A stretch of 63,997 nt of DNA, filler included, from an uncultured bacterium (lineage in GTDB: Bacteria > CAYJOG01): assembly GCA_964371695.1 (NCBI GenBank). It is 10 parts of 10 records of this genome, joined end to end, with 100 filler letters (N's around TTAATTAATTAA, not from the genome) between each part and the next. Parts side by side here need not be neighbours in the genome. Positions count along the whole stretch, not along the records: positions 6,642 to 13,212 come from CAYJOG010000171.1; positions 13,313 to 19,869 come from CAYJOG010000172.1; 8 more parts are not named here. The stretch is one strand, 5' to 3'. The notes beneath the pieces are model-generated. The model ran no database searches. It was not told where the DNA came from and saw only the letters and a list, made by a program, of their open reading frames with translations. How positions within the stretch are numbered: the stretch's first letter is position 1; each line of letters starts with the position of its first letter. Made by a program: the position numbers and the translations under genes. Below are positions 9,812 to 19,969 of the stretch, piece by piece.

Positions 9812-10785
9812 AGCCGCCGATGGTGGTTTTCATCGGCCCCAGCAACATTGGGGACGCGCTGTTGTGCCTGCCCGCCGTGCGCGCCGTGATGAAAAATCAT
9901 CCGCAGGCCAGGGGGGTGCTGCTGCTGGGTCCCCGCGCTTTTGAAGCCGTGGATGGTTTGCCGGACGGCCTTGAGACATGGCGACTGGATCGCCCCAAAA
10001 CCCCCTGGGACTGGTGGCGCGCAATGGCGCCGGTGCGGGCGCTCCGACCCGTGCGGGTGGTGGATTTTCGCCGCAGCGCCACCGGTGTGCTGGCCGCGCC
10101 GTGGCTGGCAGCCGGTTGGCGAAACACCCTGGTTGCGTTGAGGCCCCAGGCCCACGCCGGTCATGCGGCAGAGGAGTACGCCGCCCTGGCCGGTGTGGCG
10201 GTGGCCCGCGAAAAACTGACGCCCGCTGATTTTGGTTTGTTGGTGCCGCCAGAGGCGCTGGACTTGGTGCGGGAGCGTTTGGGTGAGTTGGTCGATCAGC
10301 CCCTGGTGGTGCTGCAACTGGGGGCCAGCCATGACCCCAAGCGTTATCCGCTGGCCCATTGGCTGAAACTGTCACAGATGCTGTCGCAAAAAGGTTTTGC
10401 CGTGGCCTGGGCGGGTCAGGCCGGTGAAGACGAACGCCCCCGACCCGTGCCGCCGGGGCAGGCGGATTTTCTCAACACCACCACCTTTGCTGAACTCGCG
10501 GCGCTGCTGTCGCTGGCCCGTGTGGTCATCAGCAACGACTCCGGCCCCATGCATCTGGCGGCGGCCCTGGGGGTGCCGGTGGTGGGTCTGGTTGGCCAGA
10601 CCAGCGCGGCCCGTTACGGCCCCTTTGCCCCTTGGGGTTTGGGATTGCAGAGCACCAGCGAATGCAGCCCCTGCCACGTGGCGGTGTGCCGGTTTGGCGA
10701 GCCGTTTTGTCTTAAGGAAATTTCGCCGGAAGAAGTGCTGGAGCGGGCGTTGGATTTAGTAGCGCAGGCGTCCCCGCCTGTGTGA
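9808..10785 (+). CDS. glycosyltransferase family 9 (LPS heptosyltransferase-like)
   Basis: IGDALL, KRYP, ISNDSGPMHLAAALGVPVV, C-terminal CxPC...C...C. Confidence 0.9.
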   Translation: MKPPMVVFIGPSNIGDALLCLPAVRAVMKNHPQARGVLLLGPRAFEAVDGLPDGLETWRLDRPKTPWDWWRAMAPVRALRPVRVVDFRRSATGVLAAPWLAAGWRNTLVALRPQAHAGHAAEEYAALAGVAVAREKLTPADFGLLVPPEALDLVRERLGELVDQPLVVLQLGASHDPKRYPLAHWLKLSQMLSQKGFAVAWAGQAGEDERPRPVPPGQADFLNTTTFAELAALLSLARVVISNDSGPMHLAAALGVPVVGLVGQTSAARYGPFAPWGLGLQSTSECSPCHVAVCRFGEPFCLKEISPEEVLERALDLVAQASPPV

Positions 10786-10869
10786 AACAAAAAAGACAAA
10801 ATCCAATTTCTTTTCAGGCAGGCAAGATGCCTGCCCCACCAAAGGGCAGGACAAAACGCTGAAAACGCT

Positions 10870-11928
10870 CTAACCCAAAACCCCCAGACCCTCTGGCGAC
10901 CTGAAGATTTTTTCCAGCCCTTCATCCAGATCCCACCATGCCTTCCACAGGGGCCACAGGGGCACGGATTTCTGGCGGAAGGTTTCCAGTTCCTCCCGCG
11001 TGGTGTGGCGGGGCGGGGCGTCGGGTTTGGCGGCGGGATAAAACCACAGCCCCAGGGGGTGGCCGCCTTTTTCCACGTCGGTGAGAAACGAAAGCATGGC
11101 GTGGTTGAACGCCAGGGGGTGGCCCACCGCCGTGCCGTGGGGAATTTTCTCAAGCGCCACAAAACGGCAATAGGGCCGTTCATCCAGCATGTGCAGGCTT
11201 TCGGAGAAAACAATGTCCGCCGTGCCGCACACAATCAGCAGCGGCACGGCCAACTGGCGCACCACGTCCAGTTGGTCGGGCTTCTGCACCAGCACCATGG
11301 CCTCGCGGGCCATGGCCAGGGGGTCCCGGTGGGTGAGCAGGGTCCGCATCACTTCCTCAGCCTGGGCCGGGCTGATGCCCGCTGCGCCGCGATAACGGTT
11401 GGAGCGCCTTTGGTGGTAGAGGTCAATGAAGCCCTCGATTTGGGCGTGTTGCAGGTGGCGGCCCGCTAGGTGCATCAGGTGAAACAACCCCCGCAGAAAG
11501 GGGTGCATGCGCCGGCCCGACGTGTCGCACAACATGAGGCTGCGGGTGCGGCTGGGATATTGCTGGGCAAAGGCCTGGGCCACGAAGCCCCCCATGCTCA
11601 GTCCGCCGATGTGGGCCTTGCGCACACCCAGGTGATCCATCAGCCGCCGGGTGAGGCTGGCGAAAACCTCTGGCCCGTGGGGGTGGGGCAGTTCGTCGCT
11701 CTGTCCGTGACCGGGCAGATCCAGCGTGAGCAGGCGGTGATGGGCGCCCAGGGCGGCCCGCTGAAACGACCACATGGCGTGGTTGGACGTGTAACCGTGC
11801 AACAGCACCACGTCTGGCCCCTGGCCCTCCTGGCGATAAAAAAACCGGCGGCCTTCGGACTCGAAAAAACCTTCCCGCACGGGGTTGGCAAACAGGGGCA
11901 TGGTGGCGGCGGAAGGCAAAGGAAGCAC
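10870..11928 (-). CDS. alpha/beta hydrolase
   Basis: LLHG, DLPGHGQS, GLSMGG nucleophile elbow, GTAD and His motifs; start may be ATG at 11901. Confidence 0.9.
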   Translation of the reverse strand: MLPLPSAATMPLFANPVREGFFESEGRRFFYRQEGQGPDVVLLHGYTSNHAMWSFQRAALGAHHRLLTLDLPGHGQSDELPHPHGPEVFASLTRRLMDHLGVRKAHIGGLSMGGFVAQAFAQQYPSRTRSLMLCDTSGRRMHPFLRGLFHLMHLAGRHLQHAQIEGFIDLYHQRRSNRYRGAAGISPAQAEEVMRTLLTHRDPLAMAREAMVLVQKPDQLDVVRQLAVPLLIVCGTADIVFSESLHMLDERPYCRFVALEKIPHGTAVGHPLAFNHAMLSFLTDVEKGGHPLGLWFYPAAKPDAPPRHTTREELETFRQKSVPLWPLWKAWWDLDEGLEKIFRSPEGLGVLG

Positions 11929-11954
11929 CAGCTTTCGTTAAAATGTGAATCTCA

Positions 11955-12881
11955 TCAAGTCCCGCCCACGTTTTTGAGCCACTGGTTGAAGTCTTTCTCC
12001 CAGCCCTGGGCGCGGGCGTTTTTGAGCAGGTTGTGCAGGCGGGTGTAGTCGGCGGGCTGTGTGGCCACAAACTTGAACCCGCCCATACGCAGCAGGGGAT
12101 GAAACCGCGCATAGGCCGGGTTGGAATGCACCTGAACAATTTCTGCCGCTATTTTTTTTGCGATGTCCGGTGGCAGGTTTTTATGTTTGTAGATGGGCGG
12201 AAAAACGATGCCTGCATTGTGGCAGGCGAACCGTTTGACTTTTTTGAGTGGCCCCGGATTGGTGCGTTGCAGAAAAGGGATGTTGTAGGAATAAACAAAG
12301 GCCGCGTCGGTCTGCCCCAGGGCCAGGGCATAGAGCGACCCTTGGCCGCTCTGGTTGGGTTTTAGAAAACCGAAAAAAACCTCTGGCCGGGTGCGCACCA
12401 GTTCGCGCAGCTGAAAATAAACCGTCATCTGGTCGTAGGCGGTGACCCGCTTGCCCTTCAGGTCCGCAAGCGTGGTGGCGGTGCTGTTGCTCGGCACATA
12501 CAGACAACCCACCGCGTTGCGGCTGCCCTGAATGCTCAGCCCCAGAAAGGGTTGATAACCCCGTTTTTCAATCACCGGCATGGAATCCCATGAAAACGCA
12601 AACACCATATCCAGGTGGCCCTGGGCCAGGGCTTTTTCAAAGTCTTTGTCTTTGGTGAAGAAATGCAGCGAAATAGGAATGTTCAGGCGTTTGGAAAGAA
12701 TGGGCAGGAACTCTTTCCAGATGGCCTTGATCTGGGCGTCGAAATGTCCGCTGGTGCGCAGCAGGATGCCCGCGCTGTAGGTTCTGGCCAGGGCGCACGG
12801 GGCGGCGCAAAGACTGAGCACAACCAGCAGCAACGCCCAAAATTCCCGGCGCAAGCAGAACAGAGGGTGGTTCCGTTTCAC
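11955..12881 (-). CDS. PhnD/SsuA-like periplasmic substrate-binding protein
   Basis: Signal peptide, TLADLKGKRV, ALALGQTDAAF, C-terminal F...DY motif. Confidence 0.75.
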   Translation of the reverse strand: MKRNHPLFCLRREFWALLLVVLSLCAAPCALARTYSAGILLRTSGHFDAQIKAIWKEFLPILSKRLNIPISLHFFTKDKDFEKALAQGHLDMVFAFSWDSMPVIEKRGYQPFLGLSIQGSRNAVGCLYVPSNSTATTLADLKGKRVTAYDQMTVYFQLRELVRTRPEVFFGFLKPNQSGQGSLYALALGQTDAAFVYSYNIPFLQRTNPGPLKKVKRFACHNAGIVFPPIYKHKNLPPDIAKKIAAEIVQVHSNPAYARFHPLLRMGGFKFVATQPADYTRLHNLLKNARAQGWEKDFNQWLKNVGGT

Positions 12882-13212
12882 GGGGACTTCATGATAGGGG
12901 CTTTGGCCTCAGGCGCTTTTCTTTTTGTGGGTTTGCCGTGCCAGACCCATGATTTTGTAATCCGCCGCCCAGGCGCCGGGGTTTTCCTTCAGCCACCGGG
13001 GGGCCATGTGGGCGGGCACGGGAACGGGCCCCTCGGTGCTTTCATAGGTGCCCAAAAGTTTGTCGAACACCGTGGTGTTCACGCCAAAGTTGGCGTTGGG
13101 GTGGCGAAAGTGGTGATCGAGGTGGTGTTTGATGATGCGCTTCTGATGCTCTGTTTTGGGCCCCTGGTTGTGGGAGCGAAGGTGTTCGACTTCATAGAGG
13201 CCGACGCCAAGC
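12878..13212 (-). CDS. fatty acid hydroxylase/sterol desaturase family protein, C-terminal fragment (not in the ORF track)
   Basis: Manual translation gives ...YEVEHLRSH...KHHLDHHFRHPNANFGVNTTVFDKLLGTY...; TGA overlaps the GTG of the next gene. Confidence 0.8.
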
Positions 13213-13312
13213 NNNNNNNNNNNNNNNNNNNNNNNNNNNNNNNNNNNNNNNNNNNNTTAATTAATTAANNNNNNNNNNNNNNNNNNNNNNNNNNNNNNNN
13301 NNNNNNNNNNNN

Positions 13313-13875
13313 GGCTGGACCCTGCCCTCACCAGCCCCTTCAGAATCTACCAATACTTTCTGAACACCGCCGACGCCGACGTGCCCCGTTATCTGGACTA
13401 TTTCACGTTTCTGAACGCGCAGGAGCGCCACGACCTGAAACAGGCCCACGCCGAAAACCCCGGCGGGCGGGCGGCCCACCGGCGGCTGGCACAGGAAGTC
13501 ACACAGATCCTGCACGGCACTGCGGCGCTTGTCCGCGCCGAAGAAGCCACCCAAGCGCTGTTTGGCGGCGCGTTGTCTTCGCTCAGCGCCCAGTCGCTTG
13601 AGGAAATTTTTGGCGATGTGACGCACTTCTCGCTCAGCCGCACCGCCCTGGCGGGTGAGGGTTTGCCCCTGACCGACCTGCTGGCCCATGAGGGCGTCGC
13701 CCTGCCCAGCAAGTCCGAGGCCCGGCGCAAACTCAAGGAAAACGCCGTTTCACTCAACGATGTCAAAACCAGCGACGAACAACGCCGCGTGGGGCCGGGC
13801 GACCTTCTGCACGGACGGTTTATCATCCTGCGCGTGGGCAAGAAAAACTACACGCTGGTAGAGTTGACGCCATGA
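13313..13875 (+). CDS. tyrS: tyrosine--tRNA ligase, C-terminal fragment
   Basis: YFLNTADADV, RAAHRRLAQEVT..LHG, S4 domain SKSEARR...LRVGKKNY. Confidence 0.93.
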
Positions 13876-14345
13876 GCGAGAACAGTCGCCGCGCCCCCGT
13901 CATCACCATGCGCGACTTGGTGCTGCCCAACGACACAAACCACTACAACACGCTGTTTGGCGGCGTGTTGCTGGGCCACATGGACAAAGCGGCCTTTCTG
14001 GCGGCCAGCCGTTTTTGTAAAGAAAACGTGGTGACCGCCAGCGTGGATACGGTTCACTTTCACCGCCCCGTGCGCCTGGGAGACACTTGGCTCATCGAGG
14101 CCCGCGTGGCCGACGTGGGCAAGAGCAGCCTGTGTGTGTTTGTGGATGTTTACCGCGAGCCGTTGCAGGGTGATGGCCGCGAGCATTGCTGCCGGGGCGT
14201 GTTCACCATGGTGGCGGTGGACGAAGACATGAAACCTGTGACCGTGCCCGAACTGCTGCTGGAGACCGCCGAAGACATCAGCCTGGCCCAAGAGGCCCGC
14301 ACCATCCGCCAGAAACTGAAGGAGACACGACCGGAGAAGAACTGA
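13872..14345 (+). CDS. acyl-CoA thioesterase (hotdog fold, YciA-like)
   Basis: VLPNDTNHYNTLFGG..L..MD, VVTASVD, FTMVAVD. Confidence 0.92.
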   Translation: MSENSRRAPVITMRDLVLPNDTNHYNTLFGGVLLGHMDKAAFLAASRFCKENVVTASVDTVHFHRPVRLGDTWLIEARVADVGKSSLCVFVDVYREPLQGDGREHCCRGVFTMVAVDEDMKPVTVPELLLETAEDISLAQEARTIRQKLKETRPEKN

Positions 14346-14359
14346 AGGTTGTCTTCCCT

Positions 14360-15492
14360 TTACCCAAAAAACGCGGCCACGGTGTCCACCACATAAGCGC
14401 GCTGCTCGGCCGTGAGACCGCTGTAAATGGGAATGGCGAGGGTTTCCTTGGCCGCCGCCTCGGACACCGGCATGGAGCCTGCCTTGTAACCCAGGTTGGC
14501 GAAGCATTCCTGCACATGCAGGGGCACGGGGTAATAAATCTCGGTGCCGATGCCGGCGTTTTTCAGGTGCGCCAGCAGGCCGTCGCGCCGGTGTGTCTGC
14601 AAAATGAACTGGTTGAAGATGTGGCGGTGGCCCTGGCCTTCTGGCGGCAGCGTGGGCAACGAAAGCAACTCGGCGGGAATCTTCTTTTCGGCAAACCGGG
14701 CCAGATAATCCGCGGCGTTTTCCTGCCGCTGTGTGGTCCAGCCATCCAGGTGGCGCAATTTGATGCGCAGCACCGACGCCTGCAGGGCGTCCAGGCGAAA
14801 GTTCCCCCCCACCAGGGCGTGGTAATACTTCGGCTCGGCCCCGTNNNNNNNNNNGTGCGCAGCAACGCCACCTTTTTGCCAAAGACTTCGTCGTTGGCGG
14901 TCACCATACCCCCGTCGCCCAGGCAGCCCAGGTTTTTGCTGGGGAAAAAACTGAAACAACCGCCGATGCCCATGCTGCCCGCCCGGCGGCCCTTATACGC
15001 CGAGCCGATGGCCTGGGCGGCGTCTTCCAGCACCCACAGGCCCCTGGCTTTGGCCAGCGACAGAATGGGGTCCATGTCCGCGCACTGGCCATAGAGATGC
15101 ACGGGAATGATGCCCACGGTGCGGGGCGTGATGGCGGCCTCTATCAGGGCCGGATTGATGTTGTACGTCACCGGGTCAACGTCCACAAACACCGGCTTGG
15201 CCCCCAGGCGCGAGATGCACCCCGCAGTGGCGAAAAATGTGTAGGGCGTGGTGATGACTTCGTCGCCCGCCTTCACATCCAGCGCCATCATGCTCACCAG
15301 CAGGGCGTCTGTGCCGCTGGACACGCCAATGCCCATGGGCGACTGGCAATAGGCCGCCACCTCCTGCTCCAGACCCGTGATTTCTGGCCCCATGATGTAG
15401 CGGTTGGTGTCGATGACCCCCTCGATTGCCTTGAGCATTTCTGCCTTCAGCGGGGCGTTTTGCAGAGTCAGGTCCAGCAGTGGCACGTTCAT
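14360..15492 (-). CDS. DegT/DnrJ/EryC1/StrS family aminotransferase (split in the ORF track by N gap 14845-14854)
   Basis: SGTDAL, VHLYGQ, EDAAQAIG, SFFPSKNLGCLGDGG, NFRLDALQA, YYPVPLH. Confidence 0.93.
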
Positions 15493-15728
15493 GGGTTCCT
15501 CCTTGGCCGGGGCGCGGCCGTGAAGCGCACAGTTTCAGCCAGGGGCAGGGGCATCGCAAGTGGCGCGAATTGGCCCATGTAGCCCTGGCACACCTGTCAT
15601 TGGGACTAAGCAGTATTTTTAGTGAGTATTTTATTAATTACTTGTATTATCAAGCTCAGAGCGTTAACCTTTTGTTAACCAAGCGAAGCACCTCCCAAAA
15701 TCCCGTTTGGCAAAAGGAGCCCCATCAA

Positions 15729-16169
15729 ATGGCGCAAAAAATCCCCTGGACACCCGCCATAAAAGTTGGCGTGGAGGAAATCGACGAACAGCACAAAGAG
15801 TTGTTTGAACGCATCAACACTTGTTTTGAAGCGCTGGACGCGGGCGTCAAACGGTCGGACATCGCAGGGGCCATCGGGTTTATGCGCGCCTATGTGCTGA
15901 AGCATTTTCGGGACGAAGAGAAACTTCAGCGGCATCTGGCCTATCCCCAATACGACTCTCACCGTGAAGAACACCGCCTGTTTGAAGACCGCCTGCAGGC
16001 GTTGTCAAAACGGCTGATCAAAGACGGGCCCACCGAAGAATTCGTGAAAGATTTCGAGGCCCTTGCCGTGAACTGGCTGCTGCAGCACATCAAGGTGCGC
16101 GACACCGATCTGGCGAAGTACGCCAAAGAGGTCGGCGTGAGCCGGTTGAAGGACATCGCCGTGGGTTAG
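15729..16169 (+). CDS. bacteriohemerythrin
   Basis: W..GVEEIDEQHKELF, HFRDEE, YPQYDSHREEH, WLLQHIKVRD; AAGGAG RBS. Confidence 0.92.
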   Translation: MAQKIPWTPAIKVGVEEIDEQHKELFERINTCFEALDAGVKRSDIAGAIGFMRAYVLKHFRDEEKLQRHLAYPQYDSHREEHRLFEDRLQALSKRLIKDGPTEEFVKDFEALAVNWLLQHIKVRDTDLAKYAKEVGVSRLKDIAVG

Positions 16170-16332
16170 AAGCCATCTCATCAATGTCAAAGAGATGGCT
16201 TCTGGCAGGTCCGGAAGACCTGCACCGAAAGCCGGAGGGTTGAAAACCCGTAGGTTTTCGCGCTCGTGGCCGAGGCAAAGCCCCGGCCACGGCGTTCGAA
16301 TAAATCCATGGAGGGATTTATGAGATGAGTTT
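16169..16332. mobile_element. MITE-like structured repeat (GAAGCCATCTCAT TIR)
   Basis: Imperfect TIRs with TA flanks; homologous to 33045-33155; internal hairpins shared with 2249-2431. Confidence 0.65.
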
Positions 16333-16402
16333 TAGCGGGTGTTTCTCAATACCCCGTCATTGGTTACAGTGTCCCGTCACAAGAACACCGCTGGAGCCAC
16401 CC

Positions 16403-16918
16403 ATGACCCAATACAAACGCTACATCCGCAAAGTGCCTGACTTCCCCAAGCCGGGGATTCTGTTTCGGGACATCACACCGCTGCTGCTCAAGCCAGAGGC
16501 CTTTCACGCCCTGGTGGAGGACATGGCGCTGAAGGTGAAAAAACTGGACTTTGACCTGATTGTGGGCATCGAAAGCCGGGGGTTTCTGCTGGGCAGCGCA
16601 CTGGCATACAAGCTGCACAAAGGCATGGTGCTGGTGCGCAAACCCGGCAAGCTGCCCTCTGAAACCGTGGCAGAAAGTTATGCCCTGGAATATGGCGAAG
16701 ACTCGCTGGAAATGCACAAGGGGGCCGTGGGCAAAAAAAACCGCGTGCTGCTGGTGGACGACGTGATCGCCACCGGCGGCACCGCCAAGGCCACGGTGAA
16801 TCTGATTGAAAAACAGGGCGCTGCGGTGGCGGGGTGTCTTTTTCTCATTGAACTCAGGGCGTTGGGGGGTCTGGACCGGCTGGGTCAATATCCATGCATC
16901 ACTCTCGTAAAGTATTAA
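16403..16918 (+). CDS. apt: adenine phosphoribosyltransferase
   Basis: PDFPKPGILFRDITPLL, GIESRGF, RKPGKLP, YALEYG, LVDDVIATGGT. Confidence 0.97.
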   Translation: MTQYKRYIRKVPDFPKPGILFRDITPLLLKPEAFHALVEDMALKVKKLDFDLIVGIESRGFLLGSALAYKLHKGMVLVRKPGKLPSETVAESYALEYGEDSLEMHKGAVGKKNRVLLVDDVIATGGTAKATVNLIEKQGAAVAGCLFLIELRALGGLDRLGQYPCITLVKY

Positions 16919-17017
16919 TTTTTTTTATTTGTAACAAGGACATAATAGTATAATCGTATCCGAAGGCGCAGCAAACACAACCAAGGCTTCCAAAACCCAA
17001 ACGCCACGGGGGGCACC

Positions 17018-17428
17018 ATGACCACACCTGTCCAAGATGAACTCACCCACGCGCTGGGGCGGCGCATCCGCCAGTTGCGCGTGTTGCGGGGTCTGACTGC
17101 CAAAGATCTTGGTGTGATGATCGGCCTGAAGGCCGAGGCGGCGGCGCAGCAAATTTACCGCTACGAAGACGGCGTACAGGCTCCCCACCTGCGGCAGCTG
17201 CGGGGCATGGCCAAGGCGCTGGGGGTGAGCACCTCGCACCTGCTGGCCGATGAAGTGAACCACAAGGACAAACTGCTGCGCCATCTGGGCCACTTCCTCG
17301 AAGACAACGAACTGGAACGCCTGGTGTATCAACTGGGCCTGCCCAAGCTCGAAGAGTTCAATCTGCGGCCTGCCCTGAGCGCGGCGCAAGCCGATGAAAC
17401 CGAAACACTCAAAAGCCTGGCGGGCTGA
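17018..17428 (+). CDS. XRE-family helix-turn-helix transcriptional regulator
   Basis: LGRRIRQLR...GLT..DLG...IYRYEDG..P...L...AKALGVS. Confidence 0.85.
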   Translation: MTTPVQDELTHALGRRIRQLRVLRGLTAKDLGVMIGLKAEAAAQQIYRYEDGVQAPHLRQLRGMAKALGVSTSHLLADEVNHKDKLLRHLGHFLEDNELERLVYQLGLPKLEEFNLRPALSAAQADETETLKSLAG

Positions 17429-17447
17429 CAAAACCACCGGCGTTTTA

Positions 17448-17598
17448 GCAGGGTGTTGATAAACACCCTGAAAAATCCATGGATGGATTTTTCGCTTGCA
17501 GGGGTTTAAAAAACCCCTGCAAAAGCGCCATTTTGCGAGAGCTTTGCTTGAGCAAAATGGGTTGAGAAAGGCCAGGAGGGACTTTCTCAACACCCTGT
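17448..17598. mobile_element. MITE-like structured repeat (GCAGGGTGTTGA TIR)
   Basis: TIRs plus CCATGGATGG, TTTAAAA, GCTTTGC and CCAGGAGGGACTTT hairpins. Confidence 0.65.
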
Positions 17599-17740
17599 TC
17601 GGGCATTGCGGTGTGGCGTTTTTTTTTCGCCACTTCCCCTTCTTTCCCTGGCCTTTGTCGTCCCCGGCAAAACCGGGGGCGATTTGTAACAACACAACAC
17701 TTTTGCAGCACCAGCCAACCTGTGCCAACCTTCGGGCCAC

Positions 17741-18919
17741 ATGGACTGGCCCGGCCACCTGCAACACCTGCTGAATGAAACCCGCACCGCCGGTTTGTGG
17801 CGCGAGTTGACTCCCACGCCGCCCTGCGGCGGGCCGTGGATAACCCACCAGGGCCAGCGCCTGCTGGATTTTTCGAGCAACGATTATCTGGGCCTGCGCC
17901 AGCACCCAGCCCTTGCCGCCGCCCTTGAGCAGGCCCTGGCAGGCGGCCTGCCCGTGGGGGCCGGGGCCAGCCGTTATGTGGGGGGCAGTCACCCGCTGCA
18001 TTTTGAGGTGGAGCAGGCCCTGGCGACCTTCAAGGGGTTTGCTTCGGCGCGGCTTTTCAGCAGTGGTTATCTGGCCAACCTGGGTGTGTTGCAGGCGCTT
18101 TTGGGGCCAGAGGACGTGTTGTTCAGCGACGCGCTGAACCACGCCAGCCTGATAGACGGCGCACGCCTGTGCCGCGCCCGTGTGGTGGTATTTCAACACA
18201 ACGACCTGAATCACCTGGAGAATTTGTTACAGAACACCCCTGTGACCGGCCAGCGGATGGTGGCGGTGGAAAGTGTCTACAGCATGGACGGCGACTTGGC
18301 CCCTTTGGCGGAACTGACGCAACTCTGCGCCCGTCACGACGCCCTGCTGCTGGTGGACGAAGCCCACGCCACGGGCCTGTTTGGCCCCAGTGGCCGGGGG
18401 CGCGTGGCCGAGGTGCTGGGCGGGGACGCCTGCCCCTGTCCGCTGGTGGTGGTGGCCACGCTGGGCAAGGGCCTGGGCATGGCGGGCGGCGCGGTGCTGG
18501 CCGCTGAAACCATCATCCAGGTGATCACACAAAAAGCCCGCACGCTGATTTTTGACACCGCCCCCGCCCTTTGCCTGATGCCGCCCCTTCTCGCGAGCCT
18601 TGCGCTGTTGGTCACGCCGCCGGTTTCAGAATCAGGCAAGGCGGTTTTGTCACTGGCCCAGTGGCTGCGGGGCGAACTGCAATCGCTGGGTTATGACACC
18701 GGCGCCAGCCAGAGCCAGATCATTCCCCTCATCACCGGCAGCAATCACAGCGCCATGGCTTTGGCGGCGCACCTTCAGCAGCAGGGCAATTTCGCCCGGG
18801 GCATTCGTTATCCCACCGTGCCCCAGGGCAAGGCGCGAGTGCGCCTCACCCTCACGGCGCTGCACACACAAGAAATGATCGAAGAAAACCTGCTGGGGGC
18901 GCTGAAAACAGCGGGGTGA
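17741..18919 (+). CDS. bioF: 8-amino-7-oxononanoate synthase
   Basis: DFSSNDYLGL, SGYLANL, DALNHASLIDG, ESVYSMDGD, VDEAHA, TLGKG, IRYPTVP. Confidence 0.93.
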   Translation: MDWPGHLQHLLNETRTAGLWRELTPTPPCGGPWITHQGQRLLDFSSNDYLGLRQHPALAAALEQALAGGLPVGAGASRYVGGSHPLHFEVEQALATFKGFASARLFSSGYLANLGVLQALLGPEDVLFSDALNHASLIDGARLCRARVVVFQHNDLNHLENLLQNTPVTGQRMVAVESVYSMDGDLAPLAELTQLCARHDALLLVDEAHATGLFGPSGRGRVAEVLGGDACPCPLVVVATLGKGLGMAGGAVLAAETIIQVITQKARTLIFDTAPALCLMPPLLASLALLVTPPVSESGKAVLSLAQWLRGELQSLGYDTGASQSQIIPLITGSNHSAMALAAHLQQQGNFARGIRYPTVPQGKARVRLTLTALHTQEMIEENLLGALKTAG

Positions 18920-19024
18920 GGTGGTTTAGTTCATTTTCTGGAAGTCTATGCACTCTACCATCGTTCCCTCTCCCCTTTGGGGAGAGGGAACAACTTTGGC
19001 GTGCATAAATTTCTTCAAAATGAA

Positions 19025-19501
19025 CTACGTCCCCGGACACGCACCACCAAACAACTTGGCGACGCGGGCGGCCATTTCTTCGGGCGTCACGTCTTCAATG
19101 TGTGTGGCGATGCCCCATTCGTGGCCAAAGGGGTCTTTGACCGTGCCGTAGCGGTCTCCCCAGAACATGTTTTCCAGCGGCATGGTGACCACCGCCCCGG
19201 CGGCCACGGCCTGGGCGAAAATGGCGTCGGCATCGGGCAGATAAAGATGCAGCCTGACAGCAGAACCCCCCAGCGCCAGCGGACTGACCACCCCCATGCC
19301 GGGATGCTCGTCGCACAGCATGATGATGCTGTCGCCAAACATCATGGCGGCGTTCATCACCTTGCCGTCCGGGCCGGTCATGTTATACATCTCCACCGCG
19401 CCAAAGGCCTTTTTGTAAAACTCAATGGCCTTGGCCGCGCCATCAATGACCAGATGCGGGGTGAGGGTGTGAAAACCTTGGGGCACAGCCTGAACGCTCA
19501 T
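19025..19501 (-). CDS. VOC/glyoxalase (PhnB-like) family protein
   Basis: PQGFHTLTPHL, AIEFYKKAFGA, MFWGDRYG.VKDPFGHEW. Confidence 0.92.
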   Translation of the reverse strand: MSVQAVPQGFHTLTPHLVIDGAAKAIEFYKKAFGAVEMYNMTGPDGKVMNAAMMFGDSIIMLCDEHPGMGVVSPLALGGSAVRLHLYLPDADAIFAQAVAAGAVVTMPLENMFWGDRYGTVKDPFGHEWGIATHIEDVTPEEMAARVAKLFGGACPGT

Positions 19502-19558
19502 AAATCCTCCGGGAAAGTAGGGTGAGCGGCAAGCTTATAGCCGAATGGTTAAGTTTCA

Positions 19559-19869
19559 GAGCCTGTTTTAAAATCAGGGCATAAAGTGGAGGTTTTCGCC
19601 CCGCAAGGGGGCTTCGCCCCCGCCAGCGGGTGGTTTTAGAGCGTTTTCGGAAATGGTGGAGCATTTGGCGGAGCTTTCCTGACCAAAACCTTGGCCAACC
19701 CGCCGTCATTCCAGCGAAAGCGGGAATGACGTCAGCCAGGGCGGGGCTTTCAGGCGATGTCTGACCCATCAATTCCGAAATGCTCTAGAGCATTTTCGGA
19801 GTAGACGTGGACGAAATAAGAGCTTTTTTTCTTGCCCTCTCCCTGAGGGAGAGGGCAGCCGAAGGTTGA
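19559..19869. repeat. nested repeat cluster at contig end
   Basis: GAGCCTGTTT element interrupted by GAGCGTTTTCGGAAAT...TTCCGAAATGCTC (19639-19785) containing a CGTC palindrome, then a CCCTCTCCCTGAGGGAGAGGG hairpin. Confidence 0.75.
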
Positions 19870-19969
19870 NNNNNNNNNNNNNNNNNNNNNNNNNNNNNNN
19901 NNNNNNNNNNNNNTTAATTAATTAANNNNNNNNNNNNNNNNNNNNNNNNNNNNNNNNNNNNNNNNNNNN

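Noticed and set aside
14360-15492. Apparent frameshift or pseudogene in the DegT aminotransferase
   Set aside because: The frame change coincides exactly with a 10-N scaffold gap (14845-14854).
16204-16225. SRP RNA-like CAGGTCCGGAAG
   Set aside because: Lacks the rest of the SRP helix 8 (GAAGCAGC) and is simply the second hairpin of a MITE-like repeat.
17018-17428. Prophage repressor or prophage remnant
   Set aside because: Stand-alone XRE gene between apt and bioF with no phage or integrase genes nearby.
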